From NCBI RefSeq assembly GCF_006345805.1, contig NC_043004.1:52390001-52454000 (forward strand): 64,000 nt of DNA, given 5' to 3'. This document shows, one piece after another, positions 12,099 through 25,230 of this stretch. Position 1 is the first letter of the stretch. Every line of letters begins with the position of its first letter. The position numbers were made by a program, and so were the translations under genes. The notes under the pieces were generated by a model. The model saw nothing but the letters and a program-made list of their open reading frames with translations, was not told where the DNA came from and searched no databases. This DNA is from Octopus sinensis. Taxonomy: Eukaryota.

Positions 12099-12769
12099 AT
12101 ATATATATATATGCATACATAATTAGGATAAATTCATTAATTAATGATTTATCAGTCACCAGCTTACAAAAGAGACCGTATCCCTTAAATATATATAACG
12201 AATTAATATTATTTATTAAATCTTCACCGCAGTGAATTCATGAAAATCTTGTCGTTCAAATATTGAATGACCTTCAGAAATTGAAATTACAGGAAATTCC
12301 TTAGAACATGAAATTATAAAAAAATTTCCATACGGTCAAGACTTTCATAATTGTTTAACCCTAGGCGCAATAAGTGCTACCGATGAGAATTAATATTCTG
12401 TGTATGAAAATTGGAAATCACCAGTGATTTGCCTACTCTTGTCAGTTATTAAGATAAGGCTTCTAAGGTAATGTAATTGTTTTGACTCTTACCCCTAGCA
12501 ATACTGGTGAAATGGCTGCCGACTAGCATCGCGCTTGAAACTCATATCAACAAATTTGAATCAAACTGTTTCGATCCATACATGTAGCCCTTCTTTCGTT
12601 TGCCTACTCTTTCGTATGTATATATGTATGACTGTGTGTGCGTATACATTTCTCTTCATATACATATACACAAATACACACAAACACGCAAACACACACT
12701 CATACATACACATATACATGTATAAACAGTTTTTTGAATTCAGTGTCGCAGGGTTACTGCCTTGAAGAG

Positions 12770-13170
12770 ATTTTTGTACAAGAAATCAATCTCAGAACTT
12801 ATCAACTAAGCCTTGTACTTATTCTATCAGTCTATTTTGGTGAACCGCTATTTTACGGGGGATGTAAGCACACCAACGCTAGTAGTCAAGCGGTGATGGG
12901 GGACAAACACAGACATAAAAACGCAAACACACACATACTCACATGCGCACACATACTCACATGCGCACACATACTCATACGCGCGCACACACACACCTGT
13001 TGTATACGTATATCTATATCTATATATACGGCTGGTCTCTTTCAGTTTTCGTCAACCAAATCCACTCACAAGGTCTTAGCCGTCCTGAGGCTATAGTATA
13101 AGACAATTACAAAAGATACAACACAGTGGGATTGAACACGGAACCACGCGGTTAGGAAGGACTCCTCTTA
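12770..13170 (-). mobile_element. Degenerate SINE family C
   Basis: AACCAAATCCACTCACAAGG and GAACCGCTA blocks shared with 27701-28118. Confidence 0.7.
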
Positions 13171-13280
13171 CGATTCAGTCTCCCATTCGTCTATTTACAT
13201 ACCTATATACATATAAATAAGTACACACATACTGATGTATATAAATATAGGTGTGTATAAATAATTGTACGTAGGTATAT

Positions 13281-13428
<148 letters not shown>

Positions 13429-14084
13429 TATATATATATACACATATACATATATATATTTACTCCAAAGATTCCATAAGAGTAGACAAATACGTATGTA
13501 TAATTAAATGCTTTGTTCAAGACAGAATATAATCTATCACAATACAAAAGCCGTAAGTACGCCATTGAAAAAAGCCACAAATTTTATTTAAGAAAACCTG
13601 ACTTTTGTTTTTATGAGATCCACTTACCATTTTTACATTATCAGATATTTTGAGATTCTAAAATGTCAAAATTACTTTTAAACTAAAGATTAAATGAACG
13701 TTGATTATCTCCAGCTGCTTTAATGTAGAATGGAATCTTTGTATTTTTTCGAAAGTTATTTCTCTTAAATTCAATTTCAACTTGAAATATTACGACAGAA
13801 ATAGAAGCAAGTGGCAACATTTCATTTGATATTCATGCAAGAAAGAGATGGAAAAACTGTTTTTGATGAAGGTTAATAGATAGAAATTGGTGTGCATGGG
13901 ATTAATTTACTTGTATTGGCAAGTAGAACGTTAGTTTGGTGTATGATATAAGACGAAGAAGGAGCAATCCCATATGAGTAGTGATATCGGTCTTTGAGAA
14001 AAGTGATATAGTCATACACAGACCTACACGCCCATAAGTACACATACAAGCGTATAAATAGACATACATATTTGTAATGCTATT

Positions 14085-14425
14085 GGTCCTGATCTCTCTT
14101 TTAAATTGTATTCACTCTCTCATCATCGTCGTGTGACCTTCTTGTCATTTTTCTGCAGGTATTTTCATGGATATTGTTCAGCTGAGCTCTCTTACCTGGT
14201 TCCTCCTTTTAGACCTTATCACCGATCAACTAGACTTGCACATATATATATATATATAGTTCTCATCAATATAATGTGCAAACTCCTAATTGCCGTAAAG
14301 CACTTTACGGTACCAGTTCCTTCCCTCGCACCTCTGAACTTTGGAATTCCCATCCACAGTCTTCTTTCCCTCTTCAATATGACCTCCAGTTTTTTAAGTG
14401 TAATGTACATCGTCGCCTATTGACA
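14085..14425 (+). mobile_element. Degenerate 3' ORF2 end of a CR1/L2-group LINE
   Basis: SLSHHRRVTFLSFFCRYFHGYCSAELSYLVP..STRLA, then in another frame FLPRTSELWNSHP..FPLQYDLQFFK. Confidence 0.65.
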
Positions 14426-14682
14426 TCTGTCTAGCGTCCATTTTATTCTAGTAGCTCTTAAGTTTTCAGTGGTCTAAGAACCTTCTAAAGATCGAATGCT
14501 TAAAGAACAAAAAACAAAAAAACATGCACATATACATTCATACATGCATATATATATATATATATATAATATATATATATATACATATATATATATACAC
14601 ACACATATTCAAACACACACACACACACACACGCACACGCACACATACATATATATATAAAGTGTGTATGTGACTGTGTGTA

Positions 14683-14880
14683 CACAAGGGTGGGGACTGA
14701 AAAGTTCCTGGGGATGGGTAAAAGAAAATACAGGTGGACCAGTTAAATATGATTTTATTGAACATATTCCCCTCTCAGACTGACACATATTTCTTGCAGC
14801 GATCCTTCGGTTTTTCTAGGCCCTGTAAAATAACTGGAAAGTTTGGGCATACAATCATGTTTTTCGTTCTAACCTAAAAA
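14683..14880. mobile_element. Mariner-type terminal fragment
   Basis: ACAAGGGTGGGGACTGAAAAGTTCC terminus followed by TTTTATTGAACATATTCCCC, resembling mariner ends. Confidence 0.5.
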
Positions 14881-14914
14881 CAACAAATGTTTCAGCTGCC
14901 AACTGTGTGTGTGT

Positions 14915-15006
<92 letters not shown>

Positions 15007-15493
15007 CTGCGTTTGTCTCCACACTTGATACCGCTGTTGGTGTGTTTACGTCTCGTAGCTAAGCGGTTCGGCAAAAGACACAGATAGAGTGAGTACTAGG
15101 CTTACAAAGAATAAGTCTTGGGGCGGACTTCTTCGACTGAAGGCGGTGCATCTGCATCGCTGCAATCAAGTTTCTGAAACAAGTCAAAAAATAAAAAAAT
15201 TAATATATATGTAATTGACAAAATTTTCCGCTCGGCCCTTAGGCTCATATGGACAGTTTGCCGAATTCTCTGGTCTAATTACTCCAGGACGGGACGCCAA
15301 TGAGTCGAAGGATTTCTGTTTTAACAACTAGATGGACTGGAGTAGTGTAAAGTGTAATGTTTCTGTCAAGAATGCGAAGCATCACAAGGTCCAAAAATCG
15401 AAACTGCAGTCTTACAATCAACAGCACGGCACCCTAGCCACTACACCACGCTACTCCACACACACGCATACACACGCACACAGATACATACAC

Positions 15494-15862
15494 ACGGTGT
15501 CGCAGAATTAACTATCTATTTTAGAGAAATCGGACGAGCTTTTTAAAACTCACTTTTATGTTCCATATGTTAAAAGTGTATAAATTAGACAGTAATTTTC
15601 CTTATACTCTTATAGTTTTTATAATTTTTTAATGATTTATTGTTATTCTTGTTGGATCTCGCCACAGCCGCTCTTCTTCAATTTTGGCTGCGATCATTTC
15701 CTCATCCTTCATCCCCAGAGAATACTCCCTACACATCAGTGAAATCAAAAATTATAAACAAAATTCAGAATTTATACACTGTTAACGCATATTAAACATT
15801 CGTAAATAAAAATGAGGCTTAAAAAAACAATTTGACAAAGTTAGTTAGTTCTGGCACACCCT
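15494..15862. mobile_element. Tc1/mariner-type MITE
   Basis: Imperfect TIRs CGGTGTCGCAGAATTAACTA / TAGTTAGTTCTGGCACACCCT and degenerate subterminal symmetry. Confidence 0.55.
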
Positions 15863-15864
15863 TT

Positions 15865-15915
<51 letters not shown>

Positions 15916-15955
15916 AGAGAGAGAGAGAAACACGGGCACGCACATACACAAACAA

Positions 15956-16035
<80 letters not shown>

Positions 16036-16784
16036 ACTGCACCTATACAGTTTTAGTTTCTTTAATTTAGATTTCCCTTATTTATCAGGCTTTTGCACGT
16101 GTTTCCGAACAACAAATTTACTAAATGTATATTCAACGTTTACACACCTTCGCAATCACATTTTGAAGAATTGAAACATATTTGGCGTCTGGCATATTCT
16201 TAGAGAATTTCTGGTCAATTTTTTTTTTCCTCGTTATCGTTTCATATACAAGCCTAACACAAAACATCTTTTAGCGAAAATGTCTACAAATATTTCTGTA
16301 GTATATAAAAGAATCATCGCAGACGCCAAATCTATTTTCAATTCTTGGAAAGAGATCGTAGTTTGTGAAATACATTAATAAAATTCATTGTTTCAAACTA
16401 GCTGCATAAAGAGATAAGAAAGTACGAAACTTCGAAAATAAAGATAAAACTCGAATTCAGTTGAGTCCGTTTCTTTAATGTAACACGTATGAAAGAAATG
16501 CTGTATCTCAGTTCCCCGTTTATGCATGCATATTTACATGCATGTATACATACATGCACATATTGTATATGTGTGTATGTGTGTGCGTGTATATGTATAC
16601 ACACATTTATATATATATTTAAAAACATAAATTTAAAAATTTTAAATTTTAATAATTTATATTTTTTATTTATATTGTATATTATATTAATTATATTTTT
16701 TGTTTTTTATGTTTTGGTTTATGTCTATCAGTGTTTGAGTTGCCTAATAGTGGTTTTATCTCTAATTTGATTTCATATATATAT

Positions 16785-16860
<76 letters not shown>

Positions 16861-16925
16861 ATGAGAGAGAAAGAGAGAATGAGAGAGAAAGAGATAGGTA
16901 GGCAGCTAGATACATATGTGTGTGC

Positions 16926-17630
16926 AGGTTGTCCGTCGATGCAACGAAGAACATCTAGTCATCCTGTGGTGGGGTGGGCTTGTTTTGTGATGCCGCAGAT
17001 AGCTAGTGAGGCCAATCTGCGCCCGAAAGAGTCTTTGGCAGTGTGGACAGGGAATGGTAGCGCCTGCTACAGTGTTGTTAGCTCTGTTCTTCCTGGCTTG
17101 TCTGCGGTCTTCATCAGCAGCGATCTTATTGGTCTCGCATGTGTTGGCACCCCTGTGGACAGCTGATCTCCACCCTTCTCTGTCTAGAGCTGACTGATCT
17201 CAAGTGTCATGCTCGATGTTGAAGGCTTTCAGTGAGGCTTTCAGTGTGTCCTTAAAGCCATTCTTCTGGTTGAAGTCTTCAAAGAAGGCGGTATGACCCT
17301 GACCAGGAAAATTCACCAGCTGCTTCAGTTCATCTGGATGCACGAGACAGTGCCGCTGGACTTCAAGGATGCCTCCATCATCCACCTCTACAAGCGAAAT
17401 GGAAACCACAAGGTCTGCGACAATCATCGCAGAATTTCACTGCTGTCCATCACAGGCAAGATCCTGACTTGAGCTTTGCTAAACCACCTCATTGCACACC
17501 TAGAGCAGGGTCTTCTACATGAGAGCCAGTATGGCTTCCGGAAAGAGCGTGGGACTATCGACATGGTGTTTGCTGCTAGACAGCTGCAGGAGATGTGTCG
17601 GGAGCAGAACGTTGACCTCTACTGCACCTA
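16926..17630 (-). mobile_element. RTE (BovB-like) LINE fragment with 5' inversion
   Basis: Minus 16926-17270 encodes the C-terminus GFKDTLKASLKAFNIEHDT and the 3' end; plus 17270-17630 encodes DFKDASIIHLYKRNG..ISLLSITGKIL..ESQYGFRKERGTIDMVFAARQLQE. Confidence 0.88.
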
Positions 17631-17665
17631 CAGATGCATATACGTGTGTGTATGTATATATATAT

Positions 17666-17895
17666 ATTTCTTTATTGCCCACAAGGGGCTAAACATAGAG
17701 GGGACAAACAAGGACAGACAAACGGATTAAGTCGATTACATCGACCCCAGTGCGTAACTGGTACTTAATTTATCGACCCTGAAAGGAAGAAAGGCAAAGT
17801 CGACCTCTGCGGAATTTGAACTCAGAACGTAACGGCAGATGAAATACTGCTAAGCATTTCGTCCAGCGTGCTAACGTTTCTGCCACCTCGCCGCC
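17666..17895 (-). mobile_element. SINE family B
   Basis: Reverse complement of the 1771-1979 family. Confidence 0.85.
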
Positions 17896-17939
17896 TGTGT
17901 GTATGTATATATATATATGTGTATGTATATATATATATA

Positions 17940-17990
<51 letters not shown>

Positions 17991-18189
17991 ATATATATAT
18001 ATATGTGTGTGTGTGTGTGGGTGTGTGTTGATGTGTACGTACATATGTATGTGTGCATGCATGTGTCGGCTTCCAAGATATTGTAAATACATAGTCACCT
18101 TCTTTTACCGTCTGACGTACCTTTCTTATTATACGAGTTGTTACAAAGGATGTTACAGATGTTACATGAATATCTACATGTGATACAAT

Positions 18190-18432
18190 ACAAACGTCTA
18201 AATGGATAAGGTTTTTCTAAAGATGTGGGCAGTGCTTTGTCAGCACAATCTTTTGCTTTTCTCTGAGATATGGTTTTCCTGAAATCTTATCTAGATGTTT
18301 CTGTCATCCATTTCTTATCATACATATGTTCCTACAATAACAAGAACTGTTCTCGTTTTAAGATGATACATCTTTTGTATTTCAAATTCCAAGCCCTTAT
18401 ATTTACTTAGTTTGTCAAATTTCTTGAAACAT
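18190..18432 (-). mobile_element. Diverged Dong/R4-type RLE 3' fragment
   Basis: KFDKLSKYKGLEFEIQKMYHLKTRTVLVIVG..QKIVLTSTAHIFRKTLSI; next to (TAA)n. Confidence 0.75.
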
Positions 18433-18434
18433 AT

Positions 18435-18478
<44 letters not shown>

Positions 18479-18490
18479 TAATAATAATAA

Positions 18491-19046
18491 ATGCCCTGAT
18501 GCAGTACCAGGCAGTGGCTCTCATGGCTTCTGATCTTAACTGATTGGAAGTGTTATCATGTACATTGTTTTGTCTTGGTATAAAAGATGGGCTACAGCAA
18601 ATATTCTACTCAATACCACAGATTTGCTTGTCAGTTGTTTGACCTTAACCAGTTGAGCATGTCCCTTAGTGGCTGACGATATGTGCATCTCTGATCACGA
18701 GCAGAAGTAGTGGGGGAGCATCATAGCCATGTGTTGGAGAGGGATTCTTTGGGGTTTGAATAGTTCGCCTCTGGAAACATGGGTGGTTCTTTCAACATCC
18801 TTAAACAACCCTTATTCAGAGACCGTTTGAGCGGGATGGGCTACTCAACCTGAAGAAAATTCTAACTGGGCCCCACCTGCAAGGTCATGTGCTGTTTATC
18901 TTGATATGAGATCACCATGTGGGCGCAATATGGTTGTGATGCATGTGCCTGGTGTACCTTTATCAGACGGGTAGTCATGATGGGTATACTGGCTTCGTAT
19001 ATTTTACCCCAGTGTCACTTTGATGGCATGAACTGCTCTCTCACTC
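18491..19046 (+). mobile_element. Non-coding ~555-bp element embedded in (TAA)n
   Basis: (TAA)n on both sides; 5'-truncated second copy at 40419-40753 with the same 3' end CTCTCTCACTC(AAT)n. Confidence 0.75.
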
Positions 19047-19129
19047 AATAATATAATAATAATAATATAATAATAATAATAATAATATAATAATAATTGA
19101 TATTATTATTATTATTATTATTATCATCA

Positions 19130-19192
<63 letters not shown>

Positions 19193-19365
19193 GGGCAGCG
19201 AGTTGGCAGAATGGTTAGCGGTATTTCTTTTGCTCTAATGTTCAAATGCCGCCGGGGACGATTTTGCCTTTCATCCTTTCGGGGTCGATAAACTAAGTAC
19301 CAGTCACGCACTGACGTCGATGCAATCGACTGGTTCCCCCACCCAAACAAAAAAAAGTAGAAAGG
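19193..19365 (+). mobile_element. SINE family B, degenerate
   Basis: GCCTTTCATCCTTTCGGGGTCGATAAACTAAGTACCAG. Confidence 0.75.
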
Positions 19366-19386
19366 ATTATTATTATTATTATTATT

Positions 19387-21783
19387 CAGTAGTTTTATTT
19401 TTATAGCGTGCTTTCACTTCACTACCGAGCGCAGCTCTGTGTGCCTTGGGTATGTGCTGTGATTTGTTGTGATGCTCTGATGGTTATTGTATGGAAAGTG
19501 CTCTGCGTAGGATGTGTGCAGTGCCTAGTAGTGCAATTTTCTGTATGTCATATGTGTTTGTAAGTCCTGGTGTTTTTGTTATGTATTTGTCTGAATATTT
19601 TTTTATCATGCCTAATGCACCTACTATGATAGGAATTGTTTCTGTTTTCAGATTCCACATTCTAGTTACCTCTATTTCCAGGTCTTTGTATTTTGAGAGT
19701 TTCTCCATTTCTTTTAGAGACACGTTGTCATCTGCCGGTATTGATACATCAATTAGAAAGCATTTTTTTTCTTCATGATCTCTGACAACTATATCTGGTC
19801 TGTTGGCCTTAATTTCTCCATCTGTGTGTATCGGCATATCCCAGAGTATGGTTGCTTTCTCATTTTCTGTAACCTTTTCTGGTGTGTGCTTATACCATCT
19901 TTTTTCTGTTGTTATTCCATAATGTTGGCATAGCTTCCAGTGTATGTAGGTTCCAACTCTGTCATGTCTGTGAATATATTCCTTCTTAGCCAGGACTGGG
20001 CAGCTAGAGATAATATGATTTATTGTTTCTTGTCCATCTCCACATATTCTGCAGTTACTTGTAATATTTCTTTTCATTACATGTTTTTGGTAATTTCTGG
20101 TGGAGAGGCTTTGGTCTTGTGCTGCAATTAAAAATCCCTCTGTTTCTGCTTTGAGTCCTGAGCTTCTCAACCATTGCTGGGATCTTTCTTTGTCTATTTC
20201 TTTTGCGTTTAGTTTAGTGAAGTATTTACCATGAAGGGGCTTTTCTTGCCATCGTTTTATCATGGTTCGTTGCTGTTCTATTTTTAGTTTGGATTTCATT
20301 TGTTTTATAGCTTTTGTTGTTTCTTCATCATCTTCTTCTTCTTCTTCGTGTTTATTAGGTGGTATGATTTCTTGTTTGTATTTGTCAGCTTCCTTAAATA
20401 CTGAAAACAGTTTTCTGTTTTGCTCGTGTTTTGCTGCTATCTGGATCAGTTTTCCTTCCTTCTGAAGTAGGTATTTTTGCAGTCCTATGGTGGTTATTTT
20501 ATAGTAGTTTTCCAGCTGTATAAGGCCTCTACCACCTTCTATACGTTGTATATATAGTCTTTCTATGTCAGATTTTGGGTGATGCATCCTAGATCCTGTC
20601 AGTATTTTTCTTGTTTTCCTATCTATTTTGGACAGTTCATTTCGTGTCCAGTTAAGGATATTGTAGCTGTAACTTATAACTGGGACAGCTAAAGTGTTGA
20701 TACCTATTATCTTGTTTTTAGCATTGAGCTCTGTTTTTAGTATTGATCTAACTCGTCTATAATATTCTTTTTTTATTTTCTCTTTCATTTGTGTGTGGTT
20801 GTGTGTCTTATCTAGTTCATGGATTCCTAAGTATTTGTAAGTTTGGCTTTGGTCTAATTCTTTTATATCATTGGTTTTATCTAGTGTGATGTTGTTACTT
20901 TTAACTAGTTTTCCTCTTTTCATGGTTACTTTGGCGCATTTTTCTAATCCAAATTTCATATCTATTTCTTTGGTAAATCCATGAACTGTCTTTAACAGTG
21001 TTTCCAGCTGTTTGTCATTTGCAGCGTATAGTTTTAGGTCATCCATATATAAAAGGTGGTTGATCGTTTTGCCGTAACATTTATATCCGCATCCAGTTCT
21101 ATTTAGCATATCAGATAGAGGTGACAGTGCCAAGCAGAAAAGGAGTGGAGAGAGCGTGTCTCCCTGGAATATTCCTATTTTGATGGGGATGTCTTTGGTT
21201 TTCATGAGTCCCTCTTTTGTTTGGAGATGTAGGACTGTTTGCCATTTATTCATAGAGTGCTCTATGAATTTTATGATTGTTGGTGCTACTTTGTTAATGG
21301 CTAGTGTTTCAAGGATCCATGTGTGGGGGATGCTATCAAACGCCTTTTTGTAGTCAATCCAGGCCATACTGAGGCCTTTCGTCTTTCTGTGGCTGTCTTC
21401 AGTTACGGCTTTATTAATCATTAGTTGATCTTTACAGCCATATGAGCCTTTGCGGCATCCTTTCTGCTCTTCTGGGAACAGTTTGTTTTCGTCCAGGTGC
21501 TTGTTCAGCCTTTGCGATATCACTGCAGTAAATGCCTTGAACATAGTAGGGAGGCAGGTTATTGGTCTGTATTTTCTGGTTTTGCTGTTTCATTTGATTG
21601 GGAATTAAGATGGTTTTCCCCTTCGTGAGCCATTCAGGCATTGTCTCTGGCTCTGCTAGTATGCTGTTAAAGTTTTCAGCCAGCTTTTTGTGCATTCCTG
21701 TTAGATATTTCAACCAGAAGTTGGGGATCTTGTCATGCCCAGGTGCCTTCCAGTTGCTTAGTTTTTGCAGTGCCTGGGTGACC
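19387..21783 (-). mobile_element. Dong/R4-clade site-specific non-LTR retrotransposon, 5'-truncated, in (TAA)n
   Basis: RT plus restriction-like endonuclease ORF, ~100-bp 3' UTR, (TAA)n at both junctions. Confidence 0.93.
19484..21544 (-). CDS. RT-RLE polyprotein, partial; frameshifted continuation to about 21783
   Basis: EQKGCRKG, WIDYKKAFDSIPH, GIFQGDTLSPLLF, LYMDDLK, GGRGL, CRICGDGQETINHIISSC, RHD, RPDIVV..LIDVSIP..KLSKY. Confidence 0.92.
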   Translation of the reverse strand: MFKAFTAVISQRLNKHLDENKLFPEEQKGCRKGSYGCKDQLMINKAVTEDSHRKTKGLSMAWIDYKKAFDSIPHTWILETLAINKVAPTIIKFIEHSMNKWQTVLHLQTKEGLMKTKDIPIKIGIFQGDTLSPLLFCLALSPLSDMLNRTGCGYKCYGKTINHLLYMDDLKLYAANDKQLETLLKTVHGFTKEIDMKFGLEKCAKVTMKRGKLVKSNNITLDKTNDIKELDQSQTYKYLGIHELDKTHNHTQMKEKIKKEYYRRVRSILKTELNAKNKIIGINTLAVPVISYSYNILNWTRNELSKIDRKTRKILTGSRMHHPKSDIERLYIQRIEGGRGLIQLENYYKITTIGLQKYLLQKEGKLIQIAAKHEQNRKLFSVFKEADKYKQEIIPPNKHEEEEEDDEETTKAIKQMKSKLKIEQQRTMIKRWQEKPLHGKYFTKLNAKEIDKERSQQWLRSSGLKAETEGFLIAAQDQSLSTRNYQKHVMKRNITSNCRICGDGQETINHIISSCPVLAKKEYIHRHDRVGTYIHWKLCQHYGITTEKRWYKHTPEKVTENEKATILWDMPIHTDGEIKANRPDIVVRDHEEKKCFLIDVSIPADDNVSLKEMEKLSKYKDLEIEVTRMWNLKTETIPIIVGALGMIKKYSDKYITKTPGLTNTYDIQKIALLGTAHILRRALSIQ

Positions 21784-21829
<46 letters not shown>

Positions 21830-21877
21830 ATATTATTATTATTATTATTATTGTTATTGTTATTATTATTATTATCA

Positions 21878-21917
<40 letters not shown>

Positions 21918-21948
21918 TATTATTTTATTATTATTAGTATTATTATCC

Positions 21949-21995
<47 letters not shown>

Positions 21996-23325
21996 TATTA
22001 TTATTAGTTGTTGTTGTTGTTAAGAGATATCCGCAATTGTTCGCTACCAGAACCCCATGAAATTAAAACTTTTACTTGCCAGAAATATTTTTCCAGTACA
22101 AAAATTGATTGAATTTCTTATTCTAAAATAATAGTGTTTTTTTACTCTTTGTATTTCATGAGTTATTGATATTTTGCTGGAAATGATTCACACTCTGTCT
22201 TTTCCTCTCGATTTTGTGTACCTTCGCAAATTGAGTTCCCAATGACACTTTTTTTCATCCTTGTATGTGTCCTTCTTTTTCTGTATCTATCTTCACATAG
22301 TTGGATATAAATATATATGTGTGTGCGTGTGTGTGTTCGGAAGGATTCCGACCACCCCTAAGTGACTAAAGGTGAACTGACATATTTGTTATAACAAAGA
22401 ACTGTAAGTGATTGGCAGTCTGTTCGGCAAGCTGTTCACTGTGAGCTGTTGATATAGAGCGGTGAGTCTCGGGAAATAGTAACAGTAGTGCATCATGTAT
22501 ATACTTTCTTCTCTCCTGCTTTGTTATATTATATATCCAATAGAAGGACATAAATGTATACATACAATTAGTCACCTCTAATAGCTTCCAGATATACGAG
22601 TATTTATTTCATAATCATATCTGGATAAAGAAGACACATGCAAGAGATGAGGCCAAAACGCTTAGTTTTGCAGGCAACCATCTGTCTCGCTTTCCATTAA
22701 CTACGATTGTGCCTTAGTTTTTTTTCTTTTTTGTTTTAGCTTCCCTGTCTTAGTGCTAATTAGGAAATCAATTAAAATACTTGGGCGAACGAACTTCAAA
22801 AATGACAGCATCATACTACATATTTTATAGAAATACGCTGAAACTCTACAGGCAACTGTTTTATTTTTTGCTCATTAATAATTCCATTCGGTAGGAAAAC
22901 ACTTTCAGCTTTTCGCCTGGAAACGAAGAAACGCTGACATCTTATTTTAAATATTAATGACATGTAGGGACACAGTATTTCTTTCTGCAACCATAATATA
23001 CTGACTGTTAAGTATATTCAACGTTTTAAACGTTTAACCTTAACAATAACATTGCTAACACAGAAGAACACTGTATTGACTTATAAAAATGTTTACTAAA
23101 ATTTGTATTATATTAGGTGTGCATAACGATATACTGCATCCGTACAGGTCATTAATATTTGCATACCAGCTTCCGGGAATGTATTTACTAGCTTTTGTTA
23201 ACTAAAAGCTTATAGCGAGGATGTCGAGAAACAATGTAGTTACGAAACGACGTGTTATCCTCGACAGCTTTATACATATATTACACGATATAGATTTAAT
23301 ATATGTCTACTAAACAGTATATATT

Positions 23326-23555
23326 CTTTTCTTTTCTACTCTACCCTACTCTAGGCACAACGCCCGAAATTTTGGGGGAAGAGGCCAGTCAATTAGATCA
23401 ACCCCAGTAGGCAAATGGTATTTAATCTATCGACTCTGAAAGGATGAAAGACAAAGTCGACCTCGGCGGAATTTGAACTCAGAACAGAAAGACATACAAA
23501 ATAGCGCTAAGCATTTCTCCCGGCGTGCTAACGCTTCTGCCAGCTCGCTGCCTTC
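23326..23555 (-). mobile_element. SINE family B
   Basis: 17-bp TSD ACTAAACAGTATATATT (23309-23325, 23556-23572). Confidence 0.85.
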
Positions 23556-23584
23556 ACTAAACAGTATATATTAAAAGAACATCA

Positions 23585-23872
23585 TGAAGGTTCCTGGATT
23601 AGTAGTTAAGTTATTCGACTTACGATTGTAAGGTCGGGAGTTCGATTCCTGGAGGCTCGTTGGCCAAGACACTTTACTTCACGTTGTCCTAGTTCATTGA
23701 CAAAACTGTGTAGTACCTAGATTTTCAAAGGTCAAGACTCGTCACATTCTGTATCACGCCGGATCTCACTGAGAACTACGTTAAGTTTATGCGTGTCTGT
23801 AGAGTGCTCAGCCACTTGCACATTGATCGGATAAACTAGACACCACGTCGCCGTAACCGATGGAGTGCCAGT
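23585..23872 (+). mobile_element. SINE family A-related (older copy)
   Basis: GTTCGATTCC B box; GAGAACTACGTTAAG..GAGTGCTCAGCCACTTGCA body shared with 144-531. Confidence 0.75.
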
Positions 23873-24348
23873 TATTGAAAAGTATTATTTACGATTCAGA
23901 AAAATAGAAAAAAAAAAAAATTTACAGTTTTAGAAAAGCGGTTCTAACAGATGAATTTCCAACCAGTGGGAATTCATCTACTGAATTTTTTTTCAAATAA
24001 TTTCTGCTGCATTGGGTATACAAAAGTAGATTACCCCAATGAAAGGTAAAATACGGTCTGTGGTTACAGTACGCTTTAGCGATTTTGGGGATACTTCTTA
24101 GGTTTTTTTTGAGTTTAGTGTTAGAACACACTTTCAAGTTCGACCTACACAGTTGTGAGGATAATTACACGAATAAGCCAAAAATTCAGTTTCTGAATTG
24201 GAAAAAAGAGAAAAAAAGTGAAACTGCCAAATTTAAAGACACTGAAATTCTCACAAATTTTCTATATTAATTAAAGATAAAACTTTGTTGCAGGTTGGAG
24301 GTTTATGGCACATACCTATCTATCTATCTCTATCTATCTATCTATCTA

Positions 24349-24390
<42 letters not shown>

Positions 24391-24394
24391 AGTG

Positions 24395-24705
24395 CGAGCA
24401 TTCCGCCGGTTCGGACGACGAGGGTTCCAGCTGATACGATCAACGGAACAGCTTGTTCGTGAAATTAATTTGCAAGTGGCTGAGCACTCCAGAAACACGT
24501 TTACCCTTAACGTAGTTCTCAGAGAGATTCAGCGCGACGCAGAGTGTGATAATGCTGGCCCTTTGAAATACAGGTACTACGCACTTTTGCTACCCGAATA
24601 AACTGGAACAACGTGAAATAAAGTGTTTTGCTGAATTGAACTTATGAACTCGTGACCTTACGTTCGTGAGCCGAATGCCCTGACAACTAAGCCACGCGCC
24701 TTCAC
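24395..24705 (-). mobile_element. SINE family A-related
   Basis: Reverse complement of the GAGAACTACGTTAAGGGT body. Confidence 0.75.
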
Positions 24706-24724
24706 CTTATATATATATATATAT

Positions 24725-25144
24725 TCTCTTTTTCTCTTTTCTCTTTTACTTGTTTCAGTCATTTGACTGCGGCCATGCTGGAGCACCACCTTTAGTCGAG
24801 CAAATCGACCCCGGGACTTATTCTTTATAAGCCCAGTACTTATTCTATCGGTCTCTTTTGCCGAACCGCTAAGTGACGGGGACGTAAACACACCAGCATC
24901 GGTGGTCAAGCAATGCTAGGGGGACAAACACACACACACAAACAAATATACACACACATATACATACATATACATATATACGACAGGCTTCTTTCAGTTT
25001 CCGTCTACCAAATCCACTCACAAGGCATTGGTCGGCCCGAGACTATAGCAGAAGACATTTGCCCAAGATGCCACGCAGTGGGACTGAACCCAGAACCATG
25101 TGGTTGGTTAGCAAGCTACTTACCACACAGCCACTCCTGCGCCT
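24725..25144 (-). mobile_element. SINE family C (CORE-like), full length
   Basis: Reverse complement of 27701-28118. Confidence 0.85.
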
Positions 25145-25198
25145 ATATATATATGTATGTGTGTGTGTGTGTGTGTGTGTGTATGTACATACAAGCAT

Positions 25199-25230
<32 letters not shown>

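Noticed and set aside
12325-12430. Minus-strand CTGGTGA..GAAAGTCTTGACCGTA
   Set aside because: Too degenerate to call as a ribozyme
16100-16398. Degenerate inverted repeat
   Set aside because: Too diverged to classify; no ribozyme core or clear TIR seen
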